Below are positions 63,220 to 64,000 of a stretch of 64,000 nt of DNA, piece after piece. This DNA comes from Azolla caroliniana (taxonomy: Eukaryota; Plantae; Polypodiophyta). Where the stretch lies: positions 7,812,001-7,876,000 of the forward strand of contig JBHGNT010000016.1 of assembly GCA_043228905.1 (NCBI GenBank). Reading direction: 5' to 3'. Each line of letters opens with the position of its first letter. Positions within the stretch are counted from its first letter, which is position 1. A model generated the notes under the pieces. The model searched no databases. It was not told where the DNA came from and saw nothing but the letters and a program-made list of their open reading frames with translations. Made by a program: the position numbers and the translations under genes.

Positions 63220-64000
63220 CTACAGATATAGAAAATAAGATGCAGGTTGAAACAAGGATCTCTCTATCATCCACTCTATTAAGTCTACATATTGACCAAC
63301 TAGTAGAGTTCATCCAAGAAGCATTAGGAGAACATGAGAAAAACCAGACAATGGCTTTTTCACAATATTGCACACACTATGTACTTTCAACATTTCCTCA
63401 AGTGACTGCAAAATCCTTGGATGCAGTACACACTTTCTAATGAACCTAGTAGTGGCCTAGCAGTCAACGTGACTACAACCAAAATCATGGTGGTGGGCAA
63501 TCTCACATCTGAAAGTCAGCAACCAGTAGTATTCTATGAAGATGATTGAAGTGGTTCACAATTTCAATTACCTTGAAATTGGCATACCTAATTAACATGT
63601 TTGAAACAAGTATCTAACTAAGAAAATGAAAGCTGGTACGGCCCAATACTATCAACTTGAGAACAACCCGATGATAGGAGTTGTTTAAAGCAATAGTATT
63701 TGATGCATGTGTAATGCAAATTCTGCTTTATGGAACCAAGGTTATGGGAGGCATATTTCAGGAAGCTCATGAAATGAAATAGCGAAAATACAAAAGAGAG
63801 TTCTATTCATCATTTAGGGTTTAAGAACCCAACCACATAATCCATTGCATTCCTAGAAACTAAAAGAAGGCCAATACATTTTTATGCCCGTCGAGGAGTT
63901 TATAAGTACATACTGACGGTAAGGGCAATGCCTAGCAATCGCCTCTCAATGGCCACCTAGGAAATTGGATGCTTCGTTTAACATTTCAGATTTTAGTTTT

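Noticed and set aside
63220-64000. First coding exons of GPA1; ORF 63201-63440
   Set aside because: No MG...C start or KLLLL-ending exon found; the ORF is antisense/intronic with no motif, so the exons are probably beyond the window.

Overview
Eukaryotic (land-plant) genomic DNA; a non-seed plant such as a fern is my inference from the element types present. Positions ~1-58,300 are a deep nest of LTR retrotransposons: several Ty1/copia copies, two non-chromovirus Ty3/gypsy elements, a decayed chromovirus (19925-26552), one intact and very young chromovirus (46675-52330), solo LTRs and tandem repeats. The only host gene is a canonical heterotrimeric G-protein alpha subunit (GPA1-like) on the minus strand, with 10 spliceable exons at 59690-63219 and its first exons probably outside the window. 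Most unusual signals: (1) three miniature fold-back insertions built from two inverted copies of one chromovirus LTR U3 end, each with its own perfect 5-bp TSD; (2) antisense tRNA-like A/B-box modules inside three different LTR families; (3) Tf1-type self-priming and a -1 frameshift signal in the intact chromovirus; (4) a large gypsy carrying a second protease domain, a 22-unit hairpin array and a ~4 kb extra ORF; (5) a gypsy with PBS-like sequences at both inner LTR boundaries. Coordinates were read by eye and may be off by a few bases; no database searches were run.
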